Shown here: one piece after another, positions 12,523 to 24,462 of the stretch | Layout: each line of letters opens with the position of its first letter | Numbering within the stretch: position 1 is the first letter of the stretch | Assembly (NCBI RefSeq): GCF_039654945.1 | Contig: NW_027361754.1 | Span: 52,576,001 to 52,640,000 of the forward strand | Origin: Dendrobates tinctorius | Lineage: Eukaryota | DNA length: 64,000 nucleotides | Reading direction: 5' to 3' | Notes under the pieces: model-generated | Told to the model about the DNA's origin: nothing | Databases searched by the model: none | Seen by the model: only the letters and a program-made list of their open reading frames with translations | Program-made: the position numbers and the translations under genes

Positions 12523-14230
12523 TTATGCAATGCCCTCTTCTTTCTGTCACGAAGAACTCTTGCTTTCGAAACCAACCATCTAATGGATGGTTCTCATGCT
12601 CTTAAGTGAGAAGAATGACCACAAAATGGATTACAACAACCTGGCTGATGGTTATTTAAATGTATCCAAAAGTGAATATTTCTGGAATGTCAAGTGGGAG
12701 TTACTGGATTGGAGTGGGAATTAGAAATGTCTCGTCAATGGAGCATGTTTTAACTATACAACTCAGAGGTTTTATGGAGTCACAATACAGCCATGTACAC
12801 ATATGACCTGTAATCGGTACAGAAATTTGCCAAAATCAATGGGCACATGATCAGAAATCTTAAAGTATTATTCCCATGTTTGGAAATGTGAGCATATCAC
12901 TGGAAAATGTCTTAATATTAACCCCTCTGCGACATGTGCCATGCTACTACAGGGCATGTCGCTTCTCCCCCTTTGATGTGGGCTCCGGCAGTGAGCCCAC
13001 ATCTTTCCCGGGACATGTCAGATGTTTTGAACAGCTGATATATGTCCCCAATAGCCGTGAGTGGAATTGCTATTAGCCCGTTAAATGCCGCTGTCAAACT
13101 CTGACAGTGGTCGGCACTCATAGCAAGTGAGTAGTTCAGCTAAATACAGGTGATCTGATCATCGCCTATATTTAGCAGAGGTGATCATGCCAAAAGTAAA
13201 AAAAAAACAGTTTTTAAAAATATTTAAAAAAAATACCCTTTCACCACATTCAAAATAAAACATTTAAAAAAATCAAACAAAAAAATACCCTTTCACCACA
13301 TTCAAAATAAAACAATTAAAAAAATCAAACATACACCTATTTGGTTTCATCGCATTCAGAATTGCCCGATCTATCAATATAAAAAAGTATTAACCTGATC
13401 GGTAAATGGTGTACCGAGAAAAAAATCAAAACACCAGAATTAAGTTTTTTTGGTCTCCGCGACATTGCATTAAAATGCAATAATGGGCGATCAAAAGGCC
13501 GTATCTGCAGCAAAATGGTATCATTAAAAACATAGGCCCGGCACGCAAAAAATAAGCCCTCACCCAACCCGAGATCACAAAACATGGAGACGGTATCATC
13601 AGCGGTGAGAGAGCCATTACACCTGACACCGGAGGGCTGGTACTTGCAGTGGCCTTCTACCTAGCCAGGCCGAGCTGTTCCTCGGCCATCTGTCCAGGGG
13701 GGGTGAGACCCTTGATTTGTCCCGCAGTCATCAGGGACGGCAGGCCAGGCCCATGTCGGGCACAAGTATTGAGGTGGGCATTCCTCGTGTCTGCACAGTG
13801 ATACAGGGCCCATCCCACACCACTGGCCTGGCCAGGGAGGGCGCTATGGCCAGGCACCGCTCTCATTGGCAGCTGGTTTATGCAAACGTGGAGCAAGGAT
13901 TCGGCTTTACATGGGAGGCAGGAACTAATGACAAAATTTATGTCAATGCTGGGATACCCCTATTGGAAGGGAACTGGGTCTCCTTCTTCAAAGAGGACTG
14001 CCCTAGGGACTATTATGCGGTAACGGTGACCAGGGCCGCCATCAAGGCATTACTGCCCTGACAGGCATATGGGGCCCGGTGGGCAGATGGGCCCACATCG
14101 AGCCCCATCTCATCTGCTCACCGGTCCCCAGCAGCAGGCTTCTGCCAGTGCAGAAACTGAACCTGCGTCCAAGATGCAGGATCAGTTAAACTATTGCCAT
14201 GTGAGCCCGGGCCCGCACGTCAATATTTAA

Positions 14231-14786
14231 AGGGGTTGTCCGGGCTTTTCACATAATCTCAGTGCACATCTGGACTGCAGAATGCTGAAATAAGTAATTT
14301 ACCTTCTGTGGCCAGTTTGCAGCATTTCCAAGAAATGATCTCTTGCTTCTATGAAAAACGTCCAGGGGGTGTGTTCTGGCATTGAAATGAGAACTGGTCA
14401 TTTCCTCATACTCTACTAAAAACCTGCCCTCTATAGCCACAACCCCACCCTCTATAGCTACAGGCCCTCCCCGTCCACATGAACAAACCTATCCCTCCTC
14501 ACACAGTAACAAATCCTCCCCCTCTAGCAGCCTCAGTGCATAGAGCAGGATCACCCAGCTGCTCCTCCCCCAGACACAAGATGAACAGTGATCTATGGAA
14601 AGTGAAACTAGTGAGGAGGAAACAACCTGTTCTCATTTCAATGCCAGAACACACCCGTTTTTCATAGTAGCAAGAGATCATATCTTGGAAACTGTGAAAA
14701 CTGGCCACAGAAGGTAAATTACTTATTGTCAACAATCTGCAGCCCAAATATGCACTGAGATTATGTGAAAAGCCTGGACAACCCCT
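14231..14786. mobile_element. Kolobok/T2-type MITE
   Basis: TTAA TSD, TIR AGGGGTTGTCC(G/A)GGCTTTTCACATAATCTCAGTGCA, long inverted arms. Confidence 0.88.
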
Positions 14787-14879
14787 TTAAAAGCAACCAG
14801 CCAATCGGAGACTGGCAACTGACGTCAGCGCGCACATCGCTGGCGTATGACGTCATTGTCATTCACCGGCGAGTGTGTG

Positions 14880-15570
14880 GATGGGAGACACGGGGCAGGA
14901 TGGGAGACACGGGGCAGAATGTGAGACACACGGGGCAGAATGTTAGACACAGAGGGCAGAATGTGATACACAGGGGGCAGGATGGGAGACACGGGGCAGA
15001 ATGTGAGGCACAGGGGGCAGAATGCAAGACACGGGGCAGGATGTGAGTTATAGGGGGCCGGATGTGAGACACAGGGGGCAGGATGGGAGACACAGGGGCA
15101 GGATGGGAAATACAGGGCAGAATGTGAGACACAGGGGGCAGGATGGGTAACATGGGACAGCATGGGTAGCACAGGGGGCAGGATGTGAGATACAGGGGGT
15201 AGGATGTGAGACAAAGGGGGCAGGATGTGAAACATGGGGCAGGATGGGAGACACAGGGGGAAGGATGGGAGACACGGGGCAGAATGTGAGATGCAAGACA
15301 GGATGAGTAACACAGGGGGCAGGATGGGAGACACGGGGCAGGATGGGAGACACAGGGGGCAGGATGGGAGACACATGGTACGGGATCATGGGGCAGGATG
15401 GATACGATGGAGACAGATGGGGAGGCAGGATCATGGGACAGATGGGGCAGGATCATGGGACATATGGGGCAGGTTCGGGAGATCATATGGGGCAGAATGG
15501 ATACTCACGAGGGCAGGATGAGAGAACATATGGCTGTAGATAGAAAGAGATACACGGGGCCAGGATGGGG
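14880..15570. repeat. 19-21-bp G-rich minisatellite
   Basis: Unit gggagacac(ag)ggggcaggat. It is the source of several spurious ORFs. Confidence 0.93.
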
Positions 15571-15604
15571 AATATTATTACCATAGGGGTTAATTAAGGG
15601 ATAT

Positions 15605-16368
15605 TGTAAGGAATAAACAGTACGTCGGATGCAGTGAGTAACTGGAGACAGAGAAGTGGTTAACAAGGATTTACTGAACAGGCAATAACAAGTAGTACTC
15701 CATGCAGGGAGGGAAAGACAATCAGAAAAAGAATATACAAAAACAAGACAACTTATCGGTTGCAGTTCTGGCAGGGGAAAGGCTGGAAAATCTCCCGGCG
15801 GTGTCTCAACTGAAGTATAAAGTCTCTGGCTCTGCTACGGAGATGCGAATAGCACTGCCACCCGACAGTGCTGATGGATTCAGTTCTGCTTGACTTGGGT
15901 GCGTAGGAACATGGAAACAGTCCTTTATGTGGATTCCTCAGAAATGGCGCCAGACACAGGTCGTGAGCATGTGTACAGGCTGCAACAGCCCATGGTTTTA
16001 AGGAGTAGTCTCTAAGCCGATTGTCCTGTATCTCAGGTAAAACAAGGGTATCCAACAGTGTGGGAACAGATGGTAACTTAATAGTGTCATGAGAAGTCTT
16101 AAGGTCAGCACACTGAGGTATGGGAAAAGTGGAGTTGTCAGCGCGAGCAGCGGAGAGGGAGTCAACCGTCTCCTGTCGTTTTCCTGCCAAGTCTGACCCG
16201 ATCCCACGCTCAGGTCTCCTGAGCTCCTGCCGCTCCCCCTGCTGTCTAACAGAAAGGTCTCTCCCTTTCAGTGGAAACCTCCCCTGCCAACAGTGGTGAC
16301 AGCTCCAATAGCTCTGGCCTTAAAGGGCACCACACACTGCTGGCTCCGTCTCAATTCATCTTCTTACA
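15605..16368. mobile_element. Solo-LTR-like insertion
   Basis: Inverted termini TGTAAGGA...TTCTTACA interrupt the MITE sequence gggatat|tattactgcagtg. The TSD is degenerate. Confidence 0.6.
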
Positions 16369-16647
16369 TCATTATTACTGCAGTGATGTATTTAATTTAT
16401 TTTTTTGAGGATACTGTTTTAAATGGGGGCAGTCCAGTTGCTGTGCAGAGCGACACTATGTCGCCTTTTTTTGTTAATCTGGTGTAGTGCAGAAGTTGGG
16501 AAAAAATTAAGTAATGTGTTCTGCAAGCGGGGGCTCTAGATAACTGTGTTATTTCCTGCAGAGACGAGCCCTGGCTTGAAGACGTGATGGATGAAATATG
16601 TATTGGATGAAAGATGAAAAGCGAAGCTGAAAGACTTCACCTAGAAA

Positions 16648-17375
16648 CGTCACTGGTGAGTTAGTGTGTTACCTGTACACTGACACTATACACTATATAC
16701 AGAGTACATGTGTACAATGTCACCAGTGATCACTGTATTACCTTTATGCTAGCACTATGTACAGAGCTCCTGTGTATAATGTCATCGGTGATCACTGTGT
16801 TACCAGTACACTGACACTATATACAGAGCTCTTGTGTATAATGTCACTGGTGATCACTTTATTACCAGTACACTGACACTATATAGAGTGCTCCTGTGTA
16901 TAATATCACTGGTGATCACTGTATTACCTGTGCACCAACACTATATGCAGAGCTCCTGTGTATAAGGTCATCGGTAATCACCGTATTACCTTTACACAGA
17001 CACTGCATACTAAGTACAGATCTCCTGTGTATAATGGCACTTATGGTAATAGTATTGTGTTTTTTTATTAATGATCAGTATTGTAGTATTCAGTCACCAT
17101 GTGGTGGTAATGTGTGGGCTGGTCATGTTGCGATAGTATTTGTCCCTTGGATGTGCTGTCACTGTGATGGTAAAATGTGGTCTAGTCATGGTGTGGCTGT
17201 ATTTTCCTTGTATGTAGTATTATTGTTCACCATGTGGTGTTAATATGTTGTCTGGACATGGTGTGGTGGTATTTGTCCCTTATATGTGATATTATTTGGT
17301 CACTGTGGTGGTAATATGTGGTCTGGACATGGTGCGTTGGTATTTGTCCCTTTGCATGTGATATTATTGGTCATT
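16648..17375. repeat. Two tandem arrays of about 60-70 bp inside the hAT element
   Basis: cactggtgatcactgtattacc...gtgtataatgt repeats about six times, then gtcactgtggtggtaatatgtggtctggacatgg... about four times. Confidence 0.85.
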
Positions 17376-18937
17376 TTAAAAATTGAAAAATAAATAAAAA
17401 TATACCTAAATTGTACAGGATATTTTAACAAATGTTTAATAGAGTAAAGTAGAGTAGGGCCGGCCAAAAGAGTTTACCGTGTCGTGGTGGCAAATTTTAA
17501 AAATCTTTTTGCCAAAACAAGAGCTGCTGGCTGGGGTGGAGCCTGGGTGGAGTCTCAAGGGGGCCACAAAATTTTGCCAGCATGTGGCCCCGAAATTCCT
17601 AGTGGCAGCTCTGGCGGTGACATTGTGTCTGGAGGATAGCGGCCTAGAGCAATATGCGGGCCTAAATCAGGAGCAGTCGGTTCCTCGTGTGTCAACTTCC
17701 ACCACTCCTCTGCTGCATCCTGGCAACCCATGGACTCTGCGGCTGCAGAGTCCACTTCAGTTTGTAGGCAGGCATGGAACACTGATGATAAAGCGGCACG
17801 GGACGCTTGCTGTTGAATAGTATATTGTCTGCTGAGAATTGTGAAGTTATGCTCATTGCACTTAAGAAAATACGGGACTGGTCTGCGTCCCTATGGGCAA
17901 AGGAGCCCTGATACGCTCCCAGAGTCAGGAGCAATGCGGCCGGAATAGCCAGGAGTGAACAATGAGGATAAAAACTTTTTTTGCCCCTGTTGCGCTTTTT
18001 TGCTGGATAAGCAGGACTTAGTGTTTTTTTAGAACAACGGGTCCTTGGACTAATGAACCGGGTGTAGCCGCAGCAACAGACTGTGTTCTAGGACGAGGCA
18101 GCCTGCACATGGTGCATGGGACCAAGCCATACACAAAGGGAGGGGGATGCCTCCCTTTAAGGACAAAATATCTGTCGACTGACAGTGTAAACAGATGGAC
18201 TGTCTCCGGGCACCTGCTTGTAAATACCGTAAAATGAAAAAAAAATGTATTTTTGGTTAATTCATTATCCTCCCTGCGCAGAGTATTCCTTTGTAAGAAT
18301 AAAGATGGCGTAAGATATGGTCAGGGATAGCCATTGTAAAAGGAAGGGGGAGTGTAAGGGGGTTACAGAAACTGTCCAGAAACCTCCAAACATGTCCCGG
18401 TTTAGTGTGTATATTTGTATTATTACGAGTATATATATTGTTGGCTCATAATGATGTGTACAAAATCTGCTATGTAGATATGTAGATATGTATATGATTA
18501 GCAAAAGTGTAGTGTACATGTTTGATCACTAGATGGGGGTATTACAGATGTGCTTAGTATAGGACAAGAGTTCATTTGTGTAACTGGTTAACCGTAAGAG
18601 GGGTTAGCTGGGTGTAAAGCAGGAATAGTTCATGTATAGTCAGTCGGGGCTAGGTAGTTCGAAAGTGCTCGGGCAGGCTAAATGCCTGAGCTACTCAGTG
18701 CCCCACAACATTTAAGGAGGAACCCAGCCATCCAGAGTCAGTGGGACAGCATAGCCCCAGATATAGCAGCAACAGCTTCTATTGGAACTTGGACTACAGG
18801 GGAAGTCACCGCAACGCAGCAGAGCAGGTCGCTCACCATATGGCAGGTCATTGCTTGGGCTGGAGAGGGTATTGAAAATGGCGCAATTTTTTTTTAACAA
18901 AGTTTGGAATTTTTTTTCACCACTTAGATAAAAAAGA

Positions 18938-19250
18938 TATCTGATAGAAAAGAAAAAAAGCGGACGGCACCGCTGTTACCAGTGTGCTTCTAGTGGTGTG
19001 CGGTATCCGAAGCCCTCAATGCTGGCAGCTGCGAGTGCTGGTCTGGAAGTCCACAACGCTGAATATGTCCAAGAAGAAAGAAAGACCGTACTCCTGGAGC
19101 TGGTGGAAATAGTGTTGGATTTATTGGCACATGCTATGCATGTCGACCGGGGGAATGATATCAGGAGAGGAAAAACAGCGCGAAACGGCATGTGCCAATA
19201 AATCCAACACTATTTCCACCAGCTCCAGGAGTGCGGTCTTTCTTTCTTCT
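18938..19250 (-). mobile_element. Penelope-like inverted-end insertion
   Basis: Inverted arms at about 19070-19135 and 19188-19251 with a one-sided extension. Duplication cttagataaaaaaga lies at 18923-18937 and 19249-19263. A cgcgaaacggc remnant is present. Confidence 0.55.
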
Positions 19251-19899
19251 TAGATAAAAAAGAACCTAGATATGTTCAGTTTCTATGAACTCGTAATGAC
19301 TTGCAGAATTATAATGGCAGGTCATTTTTAGCATTTAGTGAACATGGTTAAAAAAACAAAAACAAAAAACAAGTGTGGGATTGCTCTTTTTTTGCAATTT
19401 CACCGCACTTGGAATTTGTGTCCTGCTTTTGAGCACACAATGTGGTAAAACAAATGATGTCGTTCAAAAGATCAACTCGCCCGCAAAAAACAAGCCTCAT
19501 ATGGCCATATTGACGGAAAAATAATAAAGTTATGGCTCTGGGAAGAAGGGGAGTGAAAAACAGAAACGCAAAAATGAAAGTGGGCTGCGGCGAAAAGGGA
19601 TTAAATATATATTACATTGCAAGGGTTTTTGTCTGCAAAGAGCACTATTGGCCATACAATGTGCAGATTACATACCGTATAAATTACAACACCAAGGAGA
19701 AACAGTCTGGGTAATGATAGGATTTAGTTTTTATTCAAGGTCACTAACATTGCTATTTCTTCAAAGTGTCCAGGCGCCATCTTTCAACAAGACAACCACA
19801 GACTGCATGCTGCTCATGCTACTGTTAGCAGCTTGCATGGGCTAAATGCGTTACCATTGCCTGCAACATCCCCAGACTTGTTTCCCATTGCAAAGATGG

Positions 19900-20745
19900 A
19901 TCTCAAGCCTTGTCTGGTGCTGTGGTCTCCCATTCAGGCTCAGCCGCTGGGATGACTGCTCAACACAGACTTCGGTCCCAGCACCTTGCCCAGGCTCATG
20001 CTGCAGGTATAGTTACTGCTGCCCCTCCATCTAAGCCTATGGTGACTACTGCTTTACATGTACAGCGCTGTGCTCTGGAGCCTGTCCAGATTTTACCCTA
20101 CTGAGCATGTCCATGATATGGTGACTTCCCATTGGTGCTCGGATGTCAGGTGCTCTGGTTATGTGGCAGTTTCAGATTGGTCCACAGGCAAGGTCCTGTC
20201 TGTCTGGACTTGAGCTTAAGGTATAAAAAGCTCTCAATGGCTCATGCCTGTGTGCTAGTGTTGTGTGTTTGCTGTGTTGGTGGCTGCTTTACTACCCTGT
20301 GTGCACGTGTGCCGCTAATAGCACTGCGAGTGTTGGTCTAGACAGGCAGTGTAGGGTGAGAACTCCCGCTTGTACTTAGCATTGGGAGACCTCAGGTGTG
20401 CGTGCTAAAGCACAGTGTGTGTCAGAGCAAGGTCAACCACCAGCTTAGCCTTCCTTGGGGGGTTAAGTTATACGGACCCCAATTAGTATTTTTCTATATG
20501 CCTGTGCAGTCAAACAGGGTATAGTCCTTTTTGCTTTGCTTTATTGCACCGCTCTGTGGTGTAACAGAGCTTGGTACTTTGCGCTCTGTGCACATTTAAC
20601 TCAGTGTGCTTAAAGTGTTTTCTGCCAGCCTTGCTCCGCCATTGTGGCTAGCTGCGGTTTCTCCATCACCGCATGGTGGACCCCGGGTTGCGAACGCACC
20701 TTATTATAATTATTTCTTATTTAGTGTGTTCCGCCAATCCTAACA
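19900..20745 (+). mobile_element. LTR-like sequence
   Basis: TATA-like gtataaaaag at about 20221 and a 3' end ccgccaatcctaaca. The 5' end and TSD were not resolved. Confidence 0.4.
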
Positions 20746-20841
20746 CCTGCCAGCATTGGATCTTGATAATTTGCCCAAGTGCATGCAACATTCCTCAGAC
20801 AACCATTGATAACCTCATTGATAGCAGTTAAGGTGTGTAAA

Positions 20842-21221
20842 GGGGGTTTTACACATAGCGATATCGCTAGCGATATTGCTATAACGTCACCGATTTTGTG
20901 ACGTTATAGCGATATCGCTATGTGTGATACTTACCTCTGACCGGCTCCCCCGCTGTCCATCGCTGATCGCGCAAGAATGTCCGGCTCCATTTCTCGTCGT
21001 CAGCTTCCTGCTGTGACGACGAGCGACGCGTGGAGGCGGGCGGGAGGACGCCAGGATCGCTGTGTGTGAAAGGTGAGTATCGTGCGCTGCATTGCTGCTG
21101 CATCGATGTGAGATCTGCCTGTGTGACAGCTCACTAGCGGTCATTTAGCGATGCACCAGCGATCCTGACCGGGTCGGATCGCTGGTCGGATCGCTGGTGC
21201 ATCGCTAAATGTAAAAGGGCC
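20842..21221. mobile_element. PIF/Harbinger-like MITE
   Basis: Imperfect TIRs GGGGGTTTTACACATAGCGAT and ATCGCTAAATGTAAAAGGGCC, with many AGCGAT/ATCGCT motifs. It is an inverted relative of 43285-43694. Confidence 0.75.
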
Positions 21222-21574
21222 TTAAGTGCAGGGATTTATGCGTTGAGATGTTTTGCAAAGTTTGTTTCCATTTTTCCTGATTTTTCCTGATCATTCGGTG
21301 ATTGCCACAATCCCATTACTTTTTCTTCTTGGTGCTACAATTTCAATGTTCAGGAGTGTCTATAGAATCTGCATATTGTATGACCAAGAATTCACTGCGT
21401 AGAGACTAACCCTATAAATATGCTATATATTTGGTATTTTGGCATAATTATTCATTATATCTGGCATTTTTTGGTACTTTGGGACTTCATGCAAGCATTC
21501 AGCAGAATATAAATGTTCAGCTCTGCTAAATCTTTAAAAATAATTAATCATAAAACAAAATAAAAAAAAAAGAT

Positions 21575-22340
21575 GTTGGTGTTAGCATCTCATTAGCACT
21601 GTAGTGTACAAAATAGAGGCGGACGGACATGAACTATTAAATGAGGACAGATCTGGCCTTGGGTGCAACAAATGTTAACACAACTTTTTATCATTAATTG
21701 TATTCGGAGCTGAAACGTGGCACCAATATAACACCAAGGGTAAATTAGACGGTGGTACAGAGTTATATGCGGAATCTACGGGTTGGAAGGTTTGTCTTCT
21801 TGGTACGTGTATCAAACATGAGGATAATATGCGAGTTATCTGAGAGCGATAGAGGCAAAATAATAGGTTTATTTGAAGGCATCTCATTAAGGTATGTAAT
21901 GGCAGAATTGTGATGCGTAGTTCTCCCTGCAAATTAAATGCTGAAAATGTATTTGTAAATACATTGACTGTAACGAGGTCACAATGTGTCGTTCTTCTAA
22001 TAGTAGTGAAAGGGGTGAGGTTTACTGTGATGTTATCTTTTATCTGTCACCAGAGAGAGGGAAAATAGCTCATTAGAATACCCCGAGATGCAAAGCGAGA
22101 CATCTCATTAGCTTACAGTAGGCGCAGTAATGAAGGTGGCCGTGGCCAAATCTGAATTAGAAGAGCTGGTCTAATTCAGCAGACAAGGAGAGAAAGTTTC
22201 GTCTTGACACCTCTGACAGGGAAACAAAAAGTTTTTTGTTTTTTTTTCATTAAACAGTTTTTTGTCACATATTTAAAAGGACAAATTTCCTCCGGACGCA
22301 ATGACTTTAATGGAAATCTAAGAAATGTGGTTTACACTTT
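21575..22340. promoter_or_regulatory. Candidate conserved non-coding element or enhancer
   Basis: An island with no recognisable repeat and with recurrent CTCATTA and TAAT motifs. This is inference only. Confidence 0.3.
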
Positions 22341-22534
22341 GTAAATGAAATCCAAATTGGGATTCCACCTCTGGCTTTGATTTCTTGTTCAATTACCTAT
22401 CTCTAAAACAATATCTCTATTAGTGATGAGCGAGCATGCTCAGTGCTCGCCCAAGCATTTCACTGCTCGAGATGCTCGGCGCTCTCCGAGTATTTCTGGG
22501 ATTATTCGGCGGGAGCTCGGGTCCCCACCCTGCA

Positions 22535-22855
22535 AGCTTCCTACTCCACACTGATGAGGGGCAATACCCCGAAACAGCTGTATGTGGATGGATACCATGT
22601 TTTGGCATAGGTGGTTTCCTTCATTGGAGACTGCCCTTCCCGTGGTTGTTCCTTCCTGGGCAAAGACCTGGCTGGTCATTGCTTGCGTTGAGAAACATGT
22701 GATGGTGTCTCCGCGGCTTCTGTTTTGCATGTTTTACATATTTCCCATAAGGGATGGGGGCAGTGCTCTAGAATCACTGCGTTGAGAAACACGTGATGGT
22801 GTCTCCGCAGTGTCGGATGTTGATCTCCATGAGTTCATTCATCCTCCTTTTCATA
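22535..22855 (+). mobile_element. Retrozyme-like 321-bp insertion carrying a hammerhead ribozyme
   Basis: 9-bp duplication caccctgca at 22526-22534 and 22856-22864, non-coding body, hammerhead near the 5' end. Confidence 0.75.
22545..22588 (+). ncRNA. Minimal type I hammerhead ribozyme
   Basis: Stem I UCCACA/UGUGGA; core CUGAUGA; stem II GGGG-CAAUA-CCCC; GAAA; palindromic stem III CAGCUG; GUA triplet with the predicted cut after 22582. Confidence 0.88.
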
Positions 22856-24462
22856 CACCCTGCATGTTTGGCGCTCTTTAGAGCGCCAATCAACATGCAG
22901 GGATTGTCTGCCACACACTGTAATGCCGCAGACATGTTGGTTGTGGCATTACAGTGATTGGCTGGCCGTACAGCGTCATCAGGTCTATAGTAGACCGAAC
23001 GCCGCCCTGCTCGTCACAGTCTGCTCCGGACTCAGGCAGTGTAGGGAGAGTTGCTGCTGAGATAGGGAGAGAGTACTCGAGTATTAGGAGCTACTCGTAA
23101 CGAGTACAGCGAGTCCGAGTATTTCACTACTCGCTCATCCCTAATCAGAGGCTGTGCAGATCTAGTGGTGCTTATATTAGGAAAGGATTTTCTGGATATT
23201 TTCCCCTTAAGACAGCTATTGCACTTCATCATTTGACTACACTGGTTGATTTCAATACCATTTGCAAGTTGAGCTAGTTTCCTTACTGCTTTTGGGTCTC
23301 TGTGCCTAAGACATTTGTGCCATACTTGGATACAGTTCTTATGTAGATCTTGTCTAGCACTGTACACTCTTTCCTTGCATTTTAGCTGATAAAGTTCATC
23401 TTGGATTTTTTCTTCTACGAGAGTGCGACCCATCTTTGAGATGATGCAGCTGTTATCTTTAAAAAGTAACTACATTCCCCTTTTGTGTGAGATTCTTTAC
23501 TGACAGAAGATTACTTTCAAGGCTGGGAACATAGAGAACATCCTTTTTTGGGATCTTTCTGCTTTGTGCTGTGGAAACTGGACAGTGGAGGTAGCTGTAT
23601 CCTACTTCTTCTGTAGTCATATAGTGACCATTAGCTAAGATGACTTTTTCTGAAAGGTCAGTGAAGAAATCCTTGCTATTTGTCATATGGCTGGCTGCTT
23701 GCACCAGAATCTATACACCATATATGCTTTGCAGGTTATCCTGTACTGGCATTAAATGCAGTTTCAACACATGCACAATCTTCCTTTACAGCTGTTTTAA
23801 CCCTTTGATGACTGATCTACTTTTTAAGCTGACTCATTCTTGCTTATCAAATTCTGCAGTCTGCTTTAAGGTGACCAGGCTTTTTACAGAAAAAACATCC
23901 ATGAGTTTCTCTTAGATTGCTCTTATATTTAGGGAAATACTGTGTCATTAATGCTGTTTCTTCTCTGGATTCATTACTGCTGCTTACATGCTGCCTTTTT
24001 CTGTTGAAGTCGTCCACAAGTTTGCCTTTAACATACTCTAGTGTCAGCTCATCATCTGGCCGTGCATCTAGTGCAGTCACGAGTGTGTCATAACTTTCTG
24101 GAAGACCACTTAATAAAAGTGCATCAACATCAAAATCTTTAATTTCTTCTCCAATACCACTGAGACGCTCCAAAATCTCTATGGTGTTTCTTATATAGCC
24201 CTGCATATTCTGTCCATCACTTAGCTTAGACTGATAAAGCTTTCTCATGAGATAAAGTTTATTGCTGAGATTTGATCTTTCATGCACTTTCTGTAACTCA
24301 TCCCAAATCTCCTTTGCAGTTGCACACTTGCATATATGCACAATCTGATTATAATCTACACTGAGGGAGTTCGTGCTTTGTGCTTTCTGATCCTTCTCTA
24401 GTCAATCATCTGGTAATGGATGAGGCACTTGTCCCTGAGAATATTTCCACGTACCTTCTCTT

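Larger units (their letters stand above)
14031..17613. mobile_element. Non-autonomous hAT element with internal minisatellites
   Basis: TIRs CAGGGCCGCCA and TGGCAGCTCTG, with 8-bp TSD acggtgac/gcggtgac. Confidence 0.85.
13717..17820 (+). pseudogene. Interrupted ORF with a cold-shock-domain-like segment in an LTR element
   Basis: Removing the hAT insertion 14031-17613 plus one TSD copy joins ...DYYAVTVT to LCLEDSGLEQY... in frame. The segment NVEQGFGF...DKIYVN...LLEGNWVSF...YYAVTV resembles a CSD. Confidence 0.5.
13592..18865 (+). mobile_element. 3' part of an LTR retrotransposon: internal region, PPT and truncated 3' LTR
   Basis: Polypurine tract aaaaggaagggggag (18338-18352) lies directly before TGTAAGGGGGTTAC (18353), which matches the solo LTR at 8026. 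Confidence 0.7.
12922..19600. mobile_element. piggyBac-like non-autonomous element hosting nested insertions
   Basis: TTAA-CCCC at 12918 and GGGA-TTAA at 19597-19604. Its own sequence lies at about 12922-13590 and 18870-19600. Pairing the two ends is inferred. Confidence 0.55.
22421..23143. mobile_element. Non-autonomous hAT element
   Basis: TIRs TAGTGATGAGCGAG and CTCGCTCATCCCTA. The flanks atctctat/atcagagg do not form a TSD. Confidence 0.8.

Noticed and set aside
14825-15586. Pro/Cys/His-rich ORFs
   Set aside because: They are minisatellite translations.
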